64,000 nt of DNA, taken from positions 1,984,001-2,048,000 of the forward strand of contig CDROCS010000506.1 in the NCBI GenBank assembly GCA_977020255.1. The letters run 5' to 3'. The notes beneath the pieces were generated by a model that was not told the DNA's origin, ran no database searches, and worked only from the letters and a program-made list of their open reading frames with translations. This document shows positions 50,931-63,535 of the stretch, in pieces (position 1 is the stretch's first letter; every line of letters begins with the position of its first letter). The stretch is from Obrimoposthia wandeli (lineage: Eukaryota). The translations under genes were made by a program, and so were the position numbers.

Positions 50931-51036
50931 TGGCAAAGAGAGAGTGGACGACTTTTTATAAGTCACAACTCGCGGCCCCGGTGTGACAGGCCGCTTGTCT
51001 TTTTATAGAGAGTCTAACCAACTGAACTACTACTCC
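50931..51036 (-). pseudogene. tRNA-Asp-derived 106-nt element with three insertions
   Basis: Aligns in blocks to the tRNA-Asp at 51114-51190 (GGAGT.GTAGTTCAGTTGGTTAGA; GGCCTGTCAC; GCGAGTT; TCGTCCACTC; GCCA). Same CAGATTGT(A/G)C leader. Confidence 0.85.
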
Positions 51037-51074
51037 GTACAATCTGTTTTTCTGTATGCCTGAATTTCAGGCAT

Positions 51075-51103
51075 AAAAAAACCTGAATCAATGATTCAGG
51101 TTT
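51075..51103 (-). terminator. Terminator after tRNA-Asp (end of the rrn operon)
   Basis: AAACCTGAATC/GATTCAGGTTT stem with a U-tract; a second 9-bp hairpin at 51055-51075. Confidence 0.8.
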
Positions 51104-51113
51104 CTTTATTAGT

Positions 51114-51190
51114 TGGCGGAGTGGACGAGACTCGAACTCGCGACCCCCGGCGTGACAGGCCGGTATTCTAACCAACTGAACTACCACTCC
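51114..51190 (-). tRNA. tRNA-Asp(GTC)
   Basis: 77-nt cloverleaf GGAGTGG...CCGGC-CTGTCAC-GCCGG...TTCGAG...CCACTCCGCCA. Confidence 0.97.
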
Positions 51191-51273
51191 GCACAATCTG
51201 TGCTGATATAATATCAGTCTATTCTTTATACAAGGTTTACACCTTGATTGTAGTCTTTCGACTCAATTTGGCG

Positions 51274-51390
51274 CTTGGCGATGCCCTACTCTCACATGGG
51301 GAAGCCCCACACTACCATCGGCGTTATTACGTTTCACTACTGAGTTCGGAATGGAATCAGGTGGTACCGCAACACTATGGTCACCAAGCA
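51274..51390 (-). rRNA. rrf: 5S rRNA
   Basis: CCATTCCGAACTCAG.AGTGAAAC and GATGGTAGTGTGGG..TTCCCCATGTGAGAGTAGG; ends approximate. Confidence 0.97.
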
Positions 51391-51523
51391 AATCTGGTTT
51401 GCTTTCTATAGAAGTTTTCACTTCGTTTTAATCTGAAAAGCTATAAATAAAGAAGTCTTTAAAACGTAAAGTGTTCAATTCTATTCTTAAGTCGATATTT
51501 CAATTAATCATACTTTAATTTGT

Positions 51524-51660
51524 ATGGTTAAGCCTCACGGGTAATTAGTACAAGTTAGCTCAATGCCTCACAGCACTTACACACCTTGCCTATCAACGTT
51601 GTAGTCTCCAACGGCCCTTTAGGGAGCTTAAAGCTCCAGTGAGAACTCATCTCGAGGCCT

Positions 51661-51691
<31 letters not shown>

Positions 51692-51860
51692 AGTTCCGAA
51701 CTTAGCTACCGGGCAATGCTATTGGCATAACAACCCGAACACCAGTGGTTCGTCCACTCCGGTCCTCTCGTACTAGGAGCAGCTCCTCTCAATTCTCAAA
51801 CGCCCACGGCAGATAGGGACCGAACTGTCTCACGACGTTCTAAACCCAGCTCGCGTACCA

Positions 51861-51893
<33 letters not shown>

Positions 51894-51895
51894 AA

Positions 51896-51938
<43 letters not shown>

Positions 51939-51967
51939 ACCGCCGTCGATATGAACTCTTGGGCGGT

Positions 51968-52023
<56 letters not shown>

Positions 52024-52144
52024 AGAACCACCGGATCACTAAGACCTACTTTCGTACCTGCTCGACGTGTCTGTCTCGCAGTTAAGCTGGCTTATGCCTT
52101 TGCACTAACCACATGATGTCCAACCATGTTTAGCCAACCTTCGT

Positions 52145-52187
<43 letters not shown>

Positions 52188-52445
52188 ACCCACCAGACAC
52201 TGTCCGCAATCCCGATAAGGGACCTACGTTAGAACATCAAACGTACAAGGGTGGTATTTCAAGGTAGACTCCACATCATCTAGCGACAATGTTTCACAGT
52301 CTCCCACCTATCCTACACATGTAGGTTCAATGTTCAGTGCCAAGCTATAGTAAAGGTTCACGGGGTCTTTCCGTCTAGCCGCGGGTACACTGCATCTTAA
52401 CAGCGATTTCAATTTCACTGAGTCTCGGGTGGAGACAGCGTGGCC

Positions 52446-52543
<98 letters not shown>

Positions 52544-54425
52544 CATGAGCTTCGACCTAAGTCTAACCCAATCAATTAACCTTCCGGCACCGGGCAGGCG
52601 TCACACCGTATACGTCATCTTTCGATTTTGCACAGTGCTGTGTTTTTAATAAACAGTTGCAGCCACCATTTCTCTGCGACCAACAATAGCTTACGGAGCA
52701 AGTCCTTCACCATCATTGGCGTACCTTCTCCCGAAGTTACGGTACCATTTTGCCTAGTTCCTTCACCCGAGTTCTCTCAAGCGCCTTAGTATTCTCTACC
52801 TAACCACCTGTGTCGGTTTGGGGTACGATTCTCTCATATCTGAAGCTTAGAGGTTTTTCCTGGAAGCCGGGTATCAACTACTTCATCTCCGTAGAGACTC
52901 GTCATCAGTTCTCAGCATTCTCATTAAAGAGAGCGACCCGGATTTGCCTAAGTCACTTGCCTACTACCTTAAACATGGACAACCATCGCCATGCTAGCCT
53001 AACCTTCTCCGTCACCCCATCGCAATATAAGCGAGTACTGGAATATTAACCAGTTTCCCATCGACTACGCCTTTCGGCCTCGCCTTAGAGTCGACTCACC
53101 CTGCCCCGATTAACGTTGGACAGGAACCCTTGGTCTTTCGGCGTGGAGGTTTTTCACCCCCATTATCGTTACTCATGTCAACATTCGCACTTCTGATACC
53201 TCCAGCAAGCTTCTCAACTCACCTTCAACGGCTTACAGAACGCTCCTCTACCATGCAAAGAACAAGTCTTTGCATCCGTAGCTTCGGTGGTATGTTTAGC
53301 CCCGTTAAATCTTCCGCGCAGACCGACTCGACCAGTGAGCTATTACGCTTTCTTTAAAAGATGGCTGCTTCTAAGCCAACTTCCTGGCTGTCTGAGCCTT
53401 TCCACATCGTTTCCCACTTAACATACACTTTGGGACCTTAGCTGACGGTCTGGGTTGTTTCCCTTTCCACGACGGACGTTAGCACCCGCCGTGTGTCTCC
53501 CGCGATTGAACTTATTGGTATTCGGAGTTTGCAAAGGGTTGGTAAGTCGGGATGACCCCCTAGCCTTAACAGTGCTCTACCCCCAATAGTTAGACGCGAG
53601 GCGCTACCTAAATAGCTTTCGAGGAGAACCAGCTATCTCCCGGTTTGATTGGCCTTTCACCCCCAGCCACAAGTCATCCGCTAATTTTTCAACATTAGTC
53701 GGTTCGGTCCTCCAGTTGATGTTACTCAACCTTCAACCTGCCCATGGCTAGATCACCGGGTTTCGGGTCTAATCCCAGCAACTATTCGCGCAGTTAACAC
53801 TCGGTTTCCCTACGGCTCCGCTATTCGCTTAACCTTGCTACTGAAATTAAGTCGTTGACCCATTATACAAAAGGTACGCAGTCACAGAACAAGTCTGCTC
53901 CCACTGCTTGTACGTATACGGTTTCAGGTTCTATTTCACTCCCCTCACAGGGGTTCTTTTCGCCTTTCCCTCACGGTACTGGTTCACTATCGGTCAGTCA
54001 GTAGTATTTAGCCTTGGAAGATGGTCCTCCCATATTCAAACAGCATATCACGTGTGCCGTCCTACTCGATTTCACAGTAAGGTCGTTTTCATGTACGGGA
54101 CTATCACCCTGTATCGTGAAACTTTCCAGATTCTTCCATTAACTTCCAAACTGCTTAAGGGCTAGACCCCGTTCGCTCGCCGCTACTAAGGGTATCTCTA
54201 TTGATTTCTTTTCCTCGGGGTACTTAGATGTTTCAGTTCTCCCGGTTCGCTTCGTTAAGCTATGTATTCACTTAACGATACCTTACTTAGTAAGGTGGGT
54301 TCCCCCATTCGGAAATCTGTGGATTAACGCTTTTTATCAACTCCCCACAGCTTAACGCAGATTAACACGTCCTTCATCGCCTCTGACTGCCTAGGCATCC
54401 ACCGTATACGCTTAGTCACTTAACC
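51524..54425 (-). rRNA. rrl: 23S rRNA (~2.9 kb, no large insertion)
   Basis: 5' GGTTAAGTGACTAAGCG, sarcin-ricin loop AGTACGAGAGGAC, 3' CCGTGAGGCTTAACC; ends approximate. Confidence 0.98.
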
Positions 54426-54570
54426 ATACAATCTAAAGTAGACCGTACAATTGAAATAACTAGGTATTATCTAGTTTTTTTCGCCTCAAGAATACTCAAG
54501 AACACTTCATTGTTATTACCGAAGTAATAACGTGTTTTAAGAACTTCTTTATTTATTCAGCTTTCCAAAT

Positions 54571-54582
54571 TTTTAAAGAGCA
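54571..54582 (-). promoter_or_regulatory. Spacer boxA-like antitermination element
   Basis: TGCTCTTTAAAA on the minus strand in the ITS. Confidence 0.7.
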
Positions 54583-54645
54583 ATTTGCTAAAAAGCAAAG
54601 ATAAGCATTAAGCTTGCTTAGCTTTGTATTTTAACAACTATGATG

Positions 54646-54721
54646 TGGTGGAGCTATGCGGGATCGAACCGCAGACCTCCTGCGTGCAAGGCAGGCGCTC
54701 TCCCAGCTGAGCTATAGCCCC
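54646..54721 (-). tRNA. tRNA-Ala(TGC)
   Basis: GGGGCTATAGCTCAGCTGGGAGAGCG...CTTGCAC...TTCGATC...CCACCA, 76 nt. Confidence 0.97.
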
Positions 54722-54745
54722 ACATCATAGAGTTAGTAAGAAGAT

Positions 54746-54822
54746 TGGTAGGACTGAGTAGATTTGAACTACCGACCTCACCCTTATCAGGGGCGCGCTC
54801 TAACCAACTGAGCTACAGTCCT
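54746..54822 (-). tRNA. tRNA-Ile(GAT)
   Basis: AGGACTGTAGCTCAGTTGGTTAGAGC...CTGATAA...TTCAAAT...CCTACCA, 77 nt. Confidence 0.97.
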
Positions 54823-54899
54823 ATCGCATTTCTTACATGCTTTTTACTTTTCTATTCAAGCAATTTGTGTGGGCACTTACAAAGATTAACAACTTTACG

Positions 54900-55020
54900 T
54901 AAGGAGGTGATCCAGCCCCAGGTTCCCCTAGGGCTACCTTGTTACGACTTCACCCCAGTCATGAACCACACCGTGGTCATCGCCCTCCCGAAGGTTAAGC
55001 TAATGACTTCTGGTGCAGCC

Positions 55021-55074
<54 letters not shown>

Positions 55075-55232
55075 GACATTCTGATTCACGATTACTAGCG
55101 ATTCCGACTTCATGGGGTCGAGTTGCAGACCCCAATCCGGACTACGACGCACTTTATGGGATTCGCTTACCATCGCTGGTTTGCAGCCCTTTGTATGCGC
55201 CATTGTAGCACGTGTGTAGCCCTACTCGTAAG

Positions 55233-55285
<53 letters not shown>

Positions 55286-55325
55286 CTCCTTAGAGTTCCC
55301 ACCATTACGTGCTGGCAAATAAGGA

Positions 55326-55361
<36 letters not shown>

Positions 55362-55367
55362 TTCACA

Positions 55368-55399
<32 letters not shown>

Positions 55400-55455
55400 C
55401 TCATAGTTCCCGAAGGCACCAATTCATCTCTGAAAAGTTCTATGGATGTCAAGAG

Positions 55456-55526
<71 letters not shown>

Positions 55527-55632
55527 ATTTGAGTTTTAACCTTGCGGCCGTACTCCCCAGGCGGTCTACTTAATGCGTTAGCTTAAGAGCCCAGTTCTCA
55601 AGGAACCAAACTCCGAGTAGACATCGTTTACG

Positions 55633-55666
<34 letters not shown>

Positions 55667-55887
55667 ACCCACGCTTTCGCATCTGAGCGTCAGTTACTTG
55701 CCAGGTGGCCGCCTTCGCCACTGGTATTCCTTCAGATCTCTACGCATTTCACCGCTACACCTGAAATTCTACCACCCTCTCAAGAACTCTAGTTTGCCAG
55801 TTCGAAATGCAGTTCTGGTTGAGCCCGGGGCTTTCACATCTCGCTTAACAAACCGCCTGCATGCGCTTTACGCCCAGTAATTCCGAT

Positions 55888-55943
<56 letters not shown>

Positions 55944-56071
55944 CTTCTGCGAGTAACGTCACAGTGATAAAGTATTAATTTACCACCTTTCCTCCTCGCT
56001 GAAAGTACTTTACAACCCGAAGGCCTTCTTCATACACGCGGTATGGCTGCATCAGGCTTTCGCCCATTGTG

Positions 56072-56154
<83 letters not shown>

Positions 56155-56441
56155 GGGATCGTCGCCTTGGTGAGCTCTTACCTCACCAACAAGCTAATCC
56201 CACTTGGGCTCATCTAGTCGCGAGAGCTTTCAAGAAGAGGCCCCCTTTCACCCGTAGGTCGTATGCGGTATTAGCAGTCGTTTCCAACTGTTGTCCCCCT
56301 CGACTAGGCAGATTCCCAAGCATTACTCACCCGTCCGCCGCTCGACGCCAGAATAGCAAGCTATTCTTCGTTTCCGCTCGACTTGCATGTGTTAAGCCTA
56401 CCGCCAGCGTTCAATCTGAGCCATGATCAAACTCTTCAATT
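54900..56441 (-). rRNA. rrs: 16S rRNA
   Basis: AGAGTTTGATCATGGCTCAG, GTGCCAGCAGCCGCGGTAA, anti-SD GATCACCTCCTTA; ends approximate. Confidence 0.99.
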
Positions 56442-56628
56442 AAAAGTTTTTTTGACTGACTGCCTAAGCAGCCAAGTCGGCTCAATGAATTCTGTACTTC
56501 AACAACAAACCGAAGCTTGTTGTTTATAAAACCAAATCTTTCGATTTAATTTAATGTTCACAATTACATTGATATAATATTTGGTCATTATATCTCTGCA
56601 AGTGCTCACACAGATTGCTTGAATAAAT

Positions 56629-56640
56629 TGTTAAAGAGCA
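56629..56640 (-). promoter_or_regulatory. Leader boxA of the rrn operon
   Basis: Exact TGCTCTTTAACA on the minus strand. Confidence 0.9.
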
Positions 56641-56665
56641 TACTGAACGACTGTTGCCGTGTCAG

Positions 56666-56701
56666 TGGGAGCGATTATAGACAACTCAGGTTTATTGGCA
56701 A
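56666..56701 (-). promoter_or_regulatory. rRNA sigma70 promoter
   Basis: TTGCCA, 16-nt spacer, TATAAT, then GC-rich discriminator CGCTCCC; AT-rich UP-like region upstream. Confidence 0.85.
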
Positions 56702-56923
56702 GTAGTTTTGAAAATAAACATTACAAATAGCGTTTACTGTACAAAATTAGCACTAAAGTGTTTCTTTTCGATCTTCCTAGTATGCAAATACAGCAATAGC
56801 GTTGATACAACGCTAAATAATGTAATGCTTTAGCCAGCGACAACCTTAGCATTATAGGTTTATCACTAAACAGTGATATTAACCATCTCGAAAATATCAC
56901 TTTTAGTGCAGTTATTACCTAAC

Positions 56924-57439
56924 TTATAATGTTTTGGCAAAAGCGGTGACTTTAACCCAATCTGTAAACTCAATATCTTTGCTTTTATCTGTACTACCAC
57001 CGGTTATTTTCATAATCAGTTGAATGATGAGAGTCTGCCACCAGTTATACTTTGAGTATGACAGCGCGCCAGCAAACACTGCTTGCTGTTTTGGTATCCA
57101 GTCTGACTTAACTAAAAACGCCTGCATATATGCATTTGTTTCCGGCGTATTCTTCTCTGCTTTTCTCGCGGTTAAATTAACACAGAAAAAACCATTGTCT
57201 TTCGCTTCTAATTGCGCTTTATTAGCCGCTATAAATTTATAGAGTTTTTTATTCAAATGGCCATAACGAACAGATGCGCCAATAACCACTTTATCAAAGA
57301 TAGCCATATCGATATGTTGGCATTCATCAATGCTCATCACTTCGCAAATATACTCATGAGCAATAGCCGCTTCGATTGCTTTAATTATTTTGAGCGTTTG
57401 ACCATCAACGGTCGAATACAGAACTAGCATTTTTTTCAT
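56924..57439 (-). CDS. hemG: Flavodoxin-type protoporphyrinogen IX dehydrogenase
   Basis: LYSTVDGQT.KI, GASVRYGH, FFCVNLTARK, FAGAL.YSKY, EFTDW. Confidence 0.95.
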   Translation of the reverse strand: MKKMLVLYSTVDGQTLKIIKAIEAAIAHEYICEVMSIDECQHIDMAIFDKVVIGASVRYGHLNKKLYKFIAANKAQLEAKDNGFFCVNLTARKAEKNTPETNAYMQAFLVKSDWIPKQQAVFAGALSYSKYNWWQTLIIQLIMKITGGSTDKSKDIEFTDWVKVTAFAKTL

Positions 57440-57451
57440 TATAGGTTCCAC

Positions 57452-58909
57452 TTAACTACGCCAGAAAGCTGGGGTAAATAAAATTAATAAGGTAAATACT
57501 TCTAAACGACCGAATAACATAGCAACCACTAAGATCCATTTAGCACTGTCATTCACGTCTCCAAAATGAACTGCAACCTGGCCAAGTCCAGGCCCTAAGT
57601 TATTTAACGTTGCTACGACAGCTGAAAATGCTGATAACTCATCCATCCCCGTTGCGATCAAGGCCAACATACAAATAACAAATACTAAGGCGTATGCTGA
57701 AAAGAACCCCCAAACGGCATCGATAACACGATCGGGTAATACTTTCTTGCCTAACTTAATCTTGTAGACCGCACGTGGATGAACCAAACGCTTCATTTCA
57801 CGCATACCTTGTAAATAAAGTAATAAGATACGCACAACCTTCATACCACCACCAGTAGAACCAGCACAACCGCCAATAAAGCTCGAGAATACAAGTAGCA
57901 CAGGTAAGAATAATGGCCAATCTTGAAAGCTAGTCGTCGTAAAGCCTGCGGTAGTCGAAATAGATACAGCTTGGAATAATGCTTTATCTAATGCCATCTC
58001 TGGAGAATCGTATACACCTTTAGATAGTAATATAGAAAAACAAATTGCAACCAACGCTAACTGCACGAATAAAAAGGCACGCAATTCAATATCCTGAAAA
58101 TAGGAACCGGGTTTAAACCCTTTAATTGAAAAGGCGGCGAAGTGTAACGAGAAGTTAATCCCTGCAATAATTAAAAACACCACAGTGATCAGGTTTATCA
58201 CCGGGCTATCAAAGTGCCCCATACTACTATCATGGGTAGAAAACCCACCTATCGCGATGGTCGAAAAACTATGTGATATAGCATCAAAGAGCGTCATTCC
58301 CGCCAGCCAAAAAGCCATAGCACAAACAACGGTAAGACATAAATAAATATACCAAAGCGCTTTCGCCGTCTCGGCTATTCGCGGTGTCATCTTCGAATCT
58401 TTTACTGGTCCAGGTGTTTCAGCGCGGTACAACTGCATACCACCAATACCTAATACAGGCAGAACTGCAACGGCAAGCACAATAATCCCCATTCCGCCTA
58501 ACCACTGTAGAAACTGGCGATAAAACAATAATGCTTTAGGTAATTCATCCAGTCCAACAATAACGGTTGCGCCGGTTGTGGTTAACCCTGAAAAGGATTC
58601 AAAAAATGCCCCGGCAACACTGAGATTCGGTTGTTCAGAAAGAATAAAAGGTAATGCACCAATACTACCCAGTACAGTCCAAAACAAAACCACAATTAAA
58701 AAACCTTCTTTGGCTTTTAATTCTTTTTTATAATTACGGTTTTTGTACCATAAGATACTGCCTAATACGATGCAGAAAACAAAGGAGTTAATGAAGACAA
58801 GACCACCACCATCCTTGTATATCGCCGCGATCAGTGCGGGGAATATCATCGTTACACTAAAAAGAGTAACCAATATCCCTACAATTCTTAAAATTGCCCT
58901 GAATTGCAT
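57452..58909 (-). CDS. trkH: Trk potassium uptake membrane protein
   Basis: SFSGLTTTG, TIAIGGFS, STTAGF, LNNLGPG pore repeats; LFGRLE. Confidence 0.97.
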   Translation of the reverse strand: MQFRAILRIVGILVTLFSVTMIFPALIAAIYKDGGGLVFINSFVFCIVLGSILWYKNRNYKKELKAKEGFLIVVLFWTVLGSIGALPFILSEQPNLSVAGAFFESFSGLTTTGATVIVGLDELPKALLFYRQFLQWLGGMGIIVLAVAVLPVLGIGGMQLYRAETPGPVKDSKMTPRIAETAKALWYIYLCLTVVCAMAFWLAGMTLFDAISHSFSTIAIGGFSTHDSSMGHFDSPVINLITVVFLIIAGINFSLHFAAFSIKGFKPGSYFQDIELRAFLFVQLALVAICFSILLSKGVYDSPEMALDKALFQAVSISTTAGFTTTSFQDWPLFLPVLLVFSSFIGGCAGSTGGGMKVVRILLLYLQGMREMKRLVHPRAVYKIKLGKKVLPDRVIDAVWGFFSAYALVFVICMLALIATGMDELSAFSAVVATLNNLGPGLGQVAVHFGDVNDSAKWILVVAMLFGRLEVFTLLILFTPAFWRS

Positions 58910-58930
58910 TATTATTTTTATCCCTAAATA

Positions 58931-59551
58931 TTAATCGACCACAGTGACATTAACTCGGCCATTGGTTTTATTTTTAACAGCTGTTATAAAGGCTTGAACA
59001 TGCCTTGCATCAACATCGAGCTGCATGACGACTCGCTCACCATATTCGGCATGGTTTAATTTACCATTATATACTGAAAATAAACTCTCTATTGCAGCTA
59101 TTTGGGCATAATCACATGTTAAGTCCAGTTCTACATATATAAGGCATTCAATCGGCTCTACTAATTTTAATATTTGTTGTACACCGCCAGCGTAAGCACG
59201 CACTAATCCGCCAGTACCTAATTTGATACCGCCATAATAACGCACAACAACAGCGGTCATTTCACCTACATTACTTCCCAACAAGCAATTAAGGATCGGT
59301 TTACCTGCTGTACCCGAAGGTTCACCATCATCACTAAAGCCATATTGCTGTCCATCACTTGGTCTACCAGCTACAAATGCCCAGCAGTGGTGACGCGCAT
59401 CAGGGTGTTTTGCTTTAATATCTCGCACAAACTGCTCGGCCGCTTGGCGCCCTTTCGTTGGTGTAAGATAAGTGATAAAACGGCTTTTTTTTATTTCTTC
59501 GGTATATTCATAAGCCTGTTCTAAAACAAAATAAGGACTATTCGCTGTCAT
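58931..59551 (-). CDS. yigZ: IMPACT/YigZ family protein
   Basis: IKKSRF, ARHHCWAF, SDDGEPSGTAG, VVRYYGGIKLGTGGLVRAY. Confidence 0.95.
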   Translation of the reverse strand: MTANSPYFVLEQAYEYTEEIKKSRFITYLTPTKGRQAAEQFVRDIKAKHPDARHHCWAFVAGRPSDGQQYGFSDDGEPSGTAGKPILNCLLGSNVGEMTAVVVRYYGGIKLGTGGLVRAYAGGVQQILKLVEPIECLIYVELDLTCDYAQIAAIESLFSVYNGKLNHAEYGERVVMQLDVDARHVQAFITAVKNKTNGRVNVTVVD

Positions 59552-60048
59552 TTATATCCTGAGTATATTCTACTATAAAAGGTGCTCATCACCATTCTAC
59601 TGTTATATGCTTGTTGATAATAGCAGGTTCAGGATCACAATTTTTAAAAGTTAAGTAAGGTCCAATTTATCTTCATTAAACATTCATCAACAAACATCCA
59701 ACAATTAAAAACAGATGTAAGCCGAACACTTTGAGGGTAATTAAACCAAATAGTAAACAAAAAACAGCATTAAATTTCAATCTACCATTCAAAAAAGGTG
59801 CCTAGCGCCAAGTTTACAGCCAAATAACTTATTTTAGTAGAATAACCCCTCTCTCTCCCCCAATTACAATTATACTACTTAGTAGATACTCAATCCTAAT
59901 ATCTCAGATATGAATTTAAACGACCGTTTAAAATAAGTGTTGAAATATTGTTAGTTTATAGACAGAATGAAATCAACCAGTACCCTACACAGCTGGTAAA
60001 TAGCAAACGGAGCAGATGATCACCATCGCTTTAGCAAGGAGAAACGTA

Positions 60049-62193
60049 ATGATTTACCAAGCCGAACAACTCTCGGTCACTCTATTAGAAGATGGCATCG
60101 CAGAATTAAAATATGACGCGAAAGGCCCTGTTAATAAATTTGATCAAGCAACATTACAAGCATTAACTGAAGCTGTAAAAGTATTACAGACTAATTCAGA
60201 TATTAAAGGATTAATTCAAACATCAGGCAAAGGTGCCTTCATTGTTGGCGCTGATATCACTGAGTTCCTTGAGCTGTTTAAATTACCAGACGCTGAGTTA
60301 AATGCTTGGTTAGAACAAGCAAATGCAGTATTCAATGCAATTGAAGACCTGCCTTACCCTACAATTTCAGCAGTTACCGGTCATGCACTTGGCGGTGGCT
60401 GTGAAGCAATTTTAGCAACGGATTTCCGTGTAGCTGATACAACTGCACGTATTGGTTTGCCAGAAACTAAATTAGGTATCATGCCTGGTTTTGGTGGCAC
60501 AGTACGTTTACCACGTCTAATCGGTGCAGATAATGCAGTTGAATGGATCACAACAGGTAAAGACTATAAAGCACCAGCTGCCCTTAAATTTGGCACTGTA
60601 GATGCGGTTGTAGCACCTGAAAAACTACGTGATGCAGCGCTTTCTATGATTAAAGATGCGATTGCTGGCAAACTTGATTGGCAGTCACGTCGTGCGCAAA
60701 AACAAGCGCCACTAGGTTTAAACAAAATTGAAGCAACAATGAGCTTCTCTACTGCACTTGGTATGGTATATGCGAAAGCAGGTAAACATTACCCAGCACC
60801 AACAGCAGCAGTTAAAGCCGTTGAAGCTGCAGCAAGAATGGACCGTACTGGTGCACTTGCTGTTGAATCTGCAACCTTCATTAAACTTGCTAAAACAGAT
60901 GCAGCACAAGCATTAGTTGGCTTATTCCTAAGTGACCAAGCGCTAAAGTCTGGCGCTAGAAAAGCAGCTAAAGCGGGTAAAGCAACAAATAAAGCCGCTG
61001 TACTTGGCGCTGGTATCATGGGTGGCGGTATCGCTTACCAATCAGCAGTTAAAGGCACGCCTGTTATCATGAAAGATATCAACGATGCTGCACTCGATCT
61101 TGGTATGGCAACGGCTTCAGGTTTATTAACAACACAACTTAAACGCGGTCGTATTGACGGCACTAAGCTTGCTAAAGTAATTTCTTCAATCACACCAACG
61201 CTAAGCTATAACTCAGTTGATGAAGCTGACATTATTGTTGAAGCGGTTGTTGAAAATCCAAAAATTAAAGCAGCAGTACTTGCTGAACTAGAAGACAATG
61301 TAAGTGCTGATACTGTTATCACTTCAAATACGTCGACTATCCCAATTAATGTACTAGCGAAGAGTCTAAAACGCCCAGAACAGTTCTGCGGTATGCACTT
61401 CTTCAACCCTGTACATAAAATGCCATTAGTAGAAATCATCCGTGGTGAGAAATCATCAGATGAAACAATTGCGACGACTGTTGCATACGCAGCTAAAATG
61501 GGCAAAACGCCTATCGTTGTAAACGACTGCCCTGGTTTCTTCGTTAACCGCGTATTGTTCCCTTACTTCTTTGGTTTCTCAAAGTTAATCGCTGATGGCG
61601 CTGATTTTGTTGCTGTTGATAAAGTAATGGAAAAACAATTTGGTTGGCCAATGGGTCCAGCATATCTACTCGATGTTGTTGGTATTGATACTGGTCACCA
61701 TGCCGCAGCTGTTATGGCTGAAGGTTTCCCTGAGCGTATGGCTAAAACTGGCAAAGATTCTATCGATGTTATGTATGAAGCGACACGTTACGGTCAGAAA
61801 AATGGTGTTGGTTTCTATACTTATGCAAAAGATCGTCGTGGTCGTATGCAGAAGACTCCAGATGCAAAAAGCTATGAGCTGCTTGCAGAAGTTGCAACAA
61901 CCAAAGCTGATTTCACTAAAGAACAAATTATTGCTCGCTGCATGATCCCAATGATTAACGAAGTTGTTCGTTGTCTTGAAGAAGGTATTGTTGCTACTCC
62001 AGGTGATGCTGATATGGCACTTATCTACGGTATTGGCTTCCCTCCATTCCGTGGTGGTGTGTTCCGTTACCTAGATACTATGGGTCTAGATAAATACATT
62101 GAATTAGCAGATTCATTTGCTGATTTAGGACCGCTTTACCAAGTAACTGATGGCTTGCGTCAACGCGCAGCTGACGGCAAAACTTTTTACTAA
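60049..62193 (+). CDS. fadB: Fatty acid oxidation complex alpha subunit
   Basis: Crotonase domain (GADITEF, GGGCE, PETKLG) plus HAD domain ([15 protein letters not shown]); AGGAG SD before MIYQ. Confidence 0.97.
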   Translation: MIYQAEQLSVTLLEDGIAELKYDAKGPVNKFDQATLQALTEAVKVLQTNSDIKGLIQTSGKGAFIVGADITEFLELFKLPDAELNAWLEQANAVFNAIEDLPYPTISAVTGHALGGGCEAILATDFRVADTTARIGLPETKLGIMPGFGGTVRLPRLIGADNAVEWITTGKDYKAPAALKFGTVDAVVAPEKLRDAALSMIKDAIAGKLDWQSRRAQKQAPLGLNKIEATMSFSTALGMVYAKAGKHYPAPTAAVKAVEAAARMDRTGALAVESATFIKLAKTDAAQALVGLFLSDQALKSGARKAAKAGKATNKAAVLGAGIMGGGIAYQSAVKGTPVIMKDINDAALDLGMATASGLLTTQLKRGRIDGTKLAKVISSITPTLSYNSVDEADIIVEAVVENPKIKAAVLAELEDNVSADTVITSNTSTIPINVLAKSLKRPEQFCGMHFFNPVHKMPLVEIIRGEKSSDETIATTVAYAAKMGKTPIVVNDCPGFFVNRVLFPYFFGFSKLIADGADFVAVDKVMEKQFGWPMGPAYLLDVVGIDTGHHAAAVMAEGFPERMAKTGKDSIDVMYEATRYGQKNGVGFYTYAKDRRGRMQKTPDAKSYELLAEVATTKADFTKEQIIARCMIPMINEVVRCLEEGIVATPGDADMALIYGIGFPPFRGGVFRYLDTMGLDKYIELADSFADLGPLYQVTDGLRQRAADGKTFY

Positions 62194-63384
<1,191 letters not shown>

Positions 63385-63423
63385 TAACAACTGTACAAAA
63401 AATACGGTTATTTAATCTATATC

Positions 63424-63452
63424 AAGCCAACTATCCCATAGTTGGCTTTTTT
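63424..63452 (+). terminator. Terminator of fadBA
   Basis: AAGCCAACTAT-CCC-ATAGTTGGCTT-TTTT. Confidence 0.85.
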
Positions 63453-63535
63453 ATGTCTTCTTAAAATGTTCTTCTTGAAATTTCCCGCTCCAAGCTGTTC
63501 AATAGACATTACGCAATGTAAATAATGGATTGAGC

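Noticed and set aside
51524-54425. Intervening sequence in 23S rRNA
   Set aside because: Length is about 2.9 kb, leaving no room for an IVS.
51014-56426. ORFs inside the tRNA and rRNA genes
   Set aside because: They overlap structural RNA genes and are the usual spurious calls.
59975-60010. FadR operator upstream of fadB
   Set aside because: ACCAG and CTGGT half-sites are present but in reverse order and 12 bp apart, not the CTGGT-N3-ACCAG palindrome.
60016-60048. 11-aa N-terminal extension of FadB
   Set aside because: The upstream ATG has only 3 nt between SD and start; the downstream ATG has a well-spaced AGGAG and matches FadB N-termini.
59551-60049. Absence of pepQ between fadB and yigZ relative to E. 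coli
   Set aside because: No remnant ORF is visible, and as I recall Vibrio also lacks it here; ordinary synteny variation.
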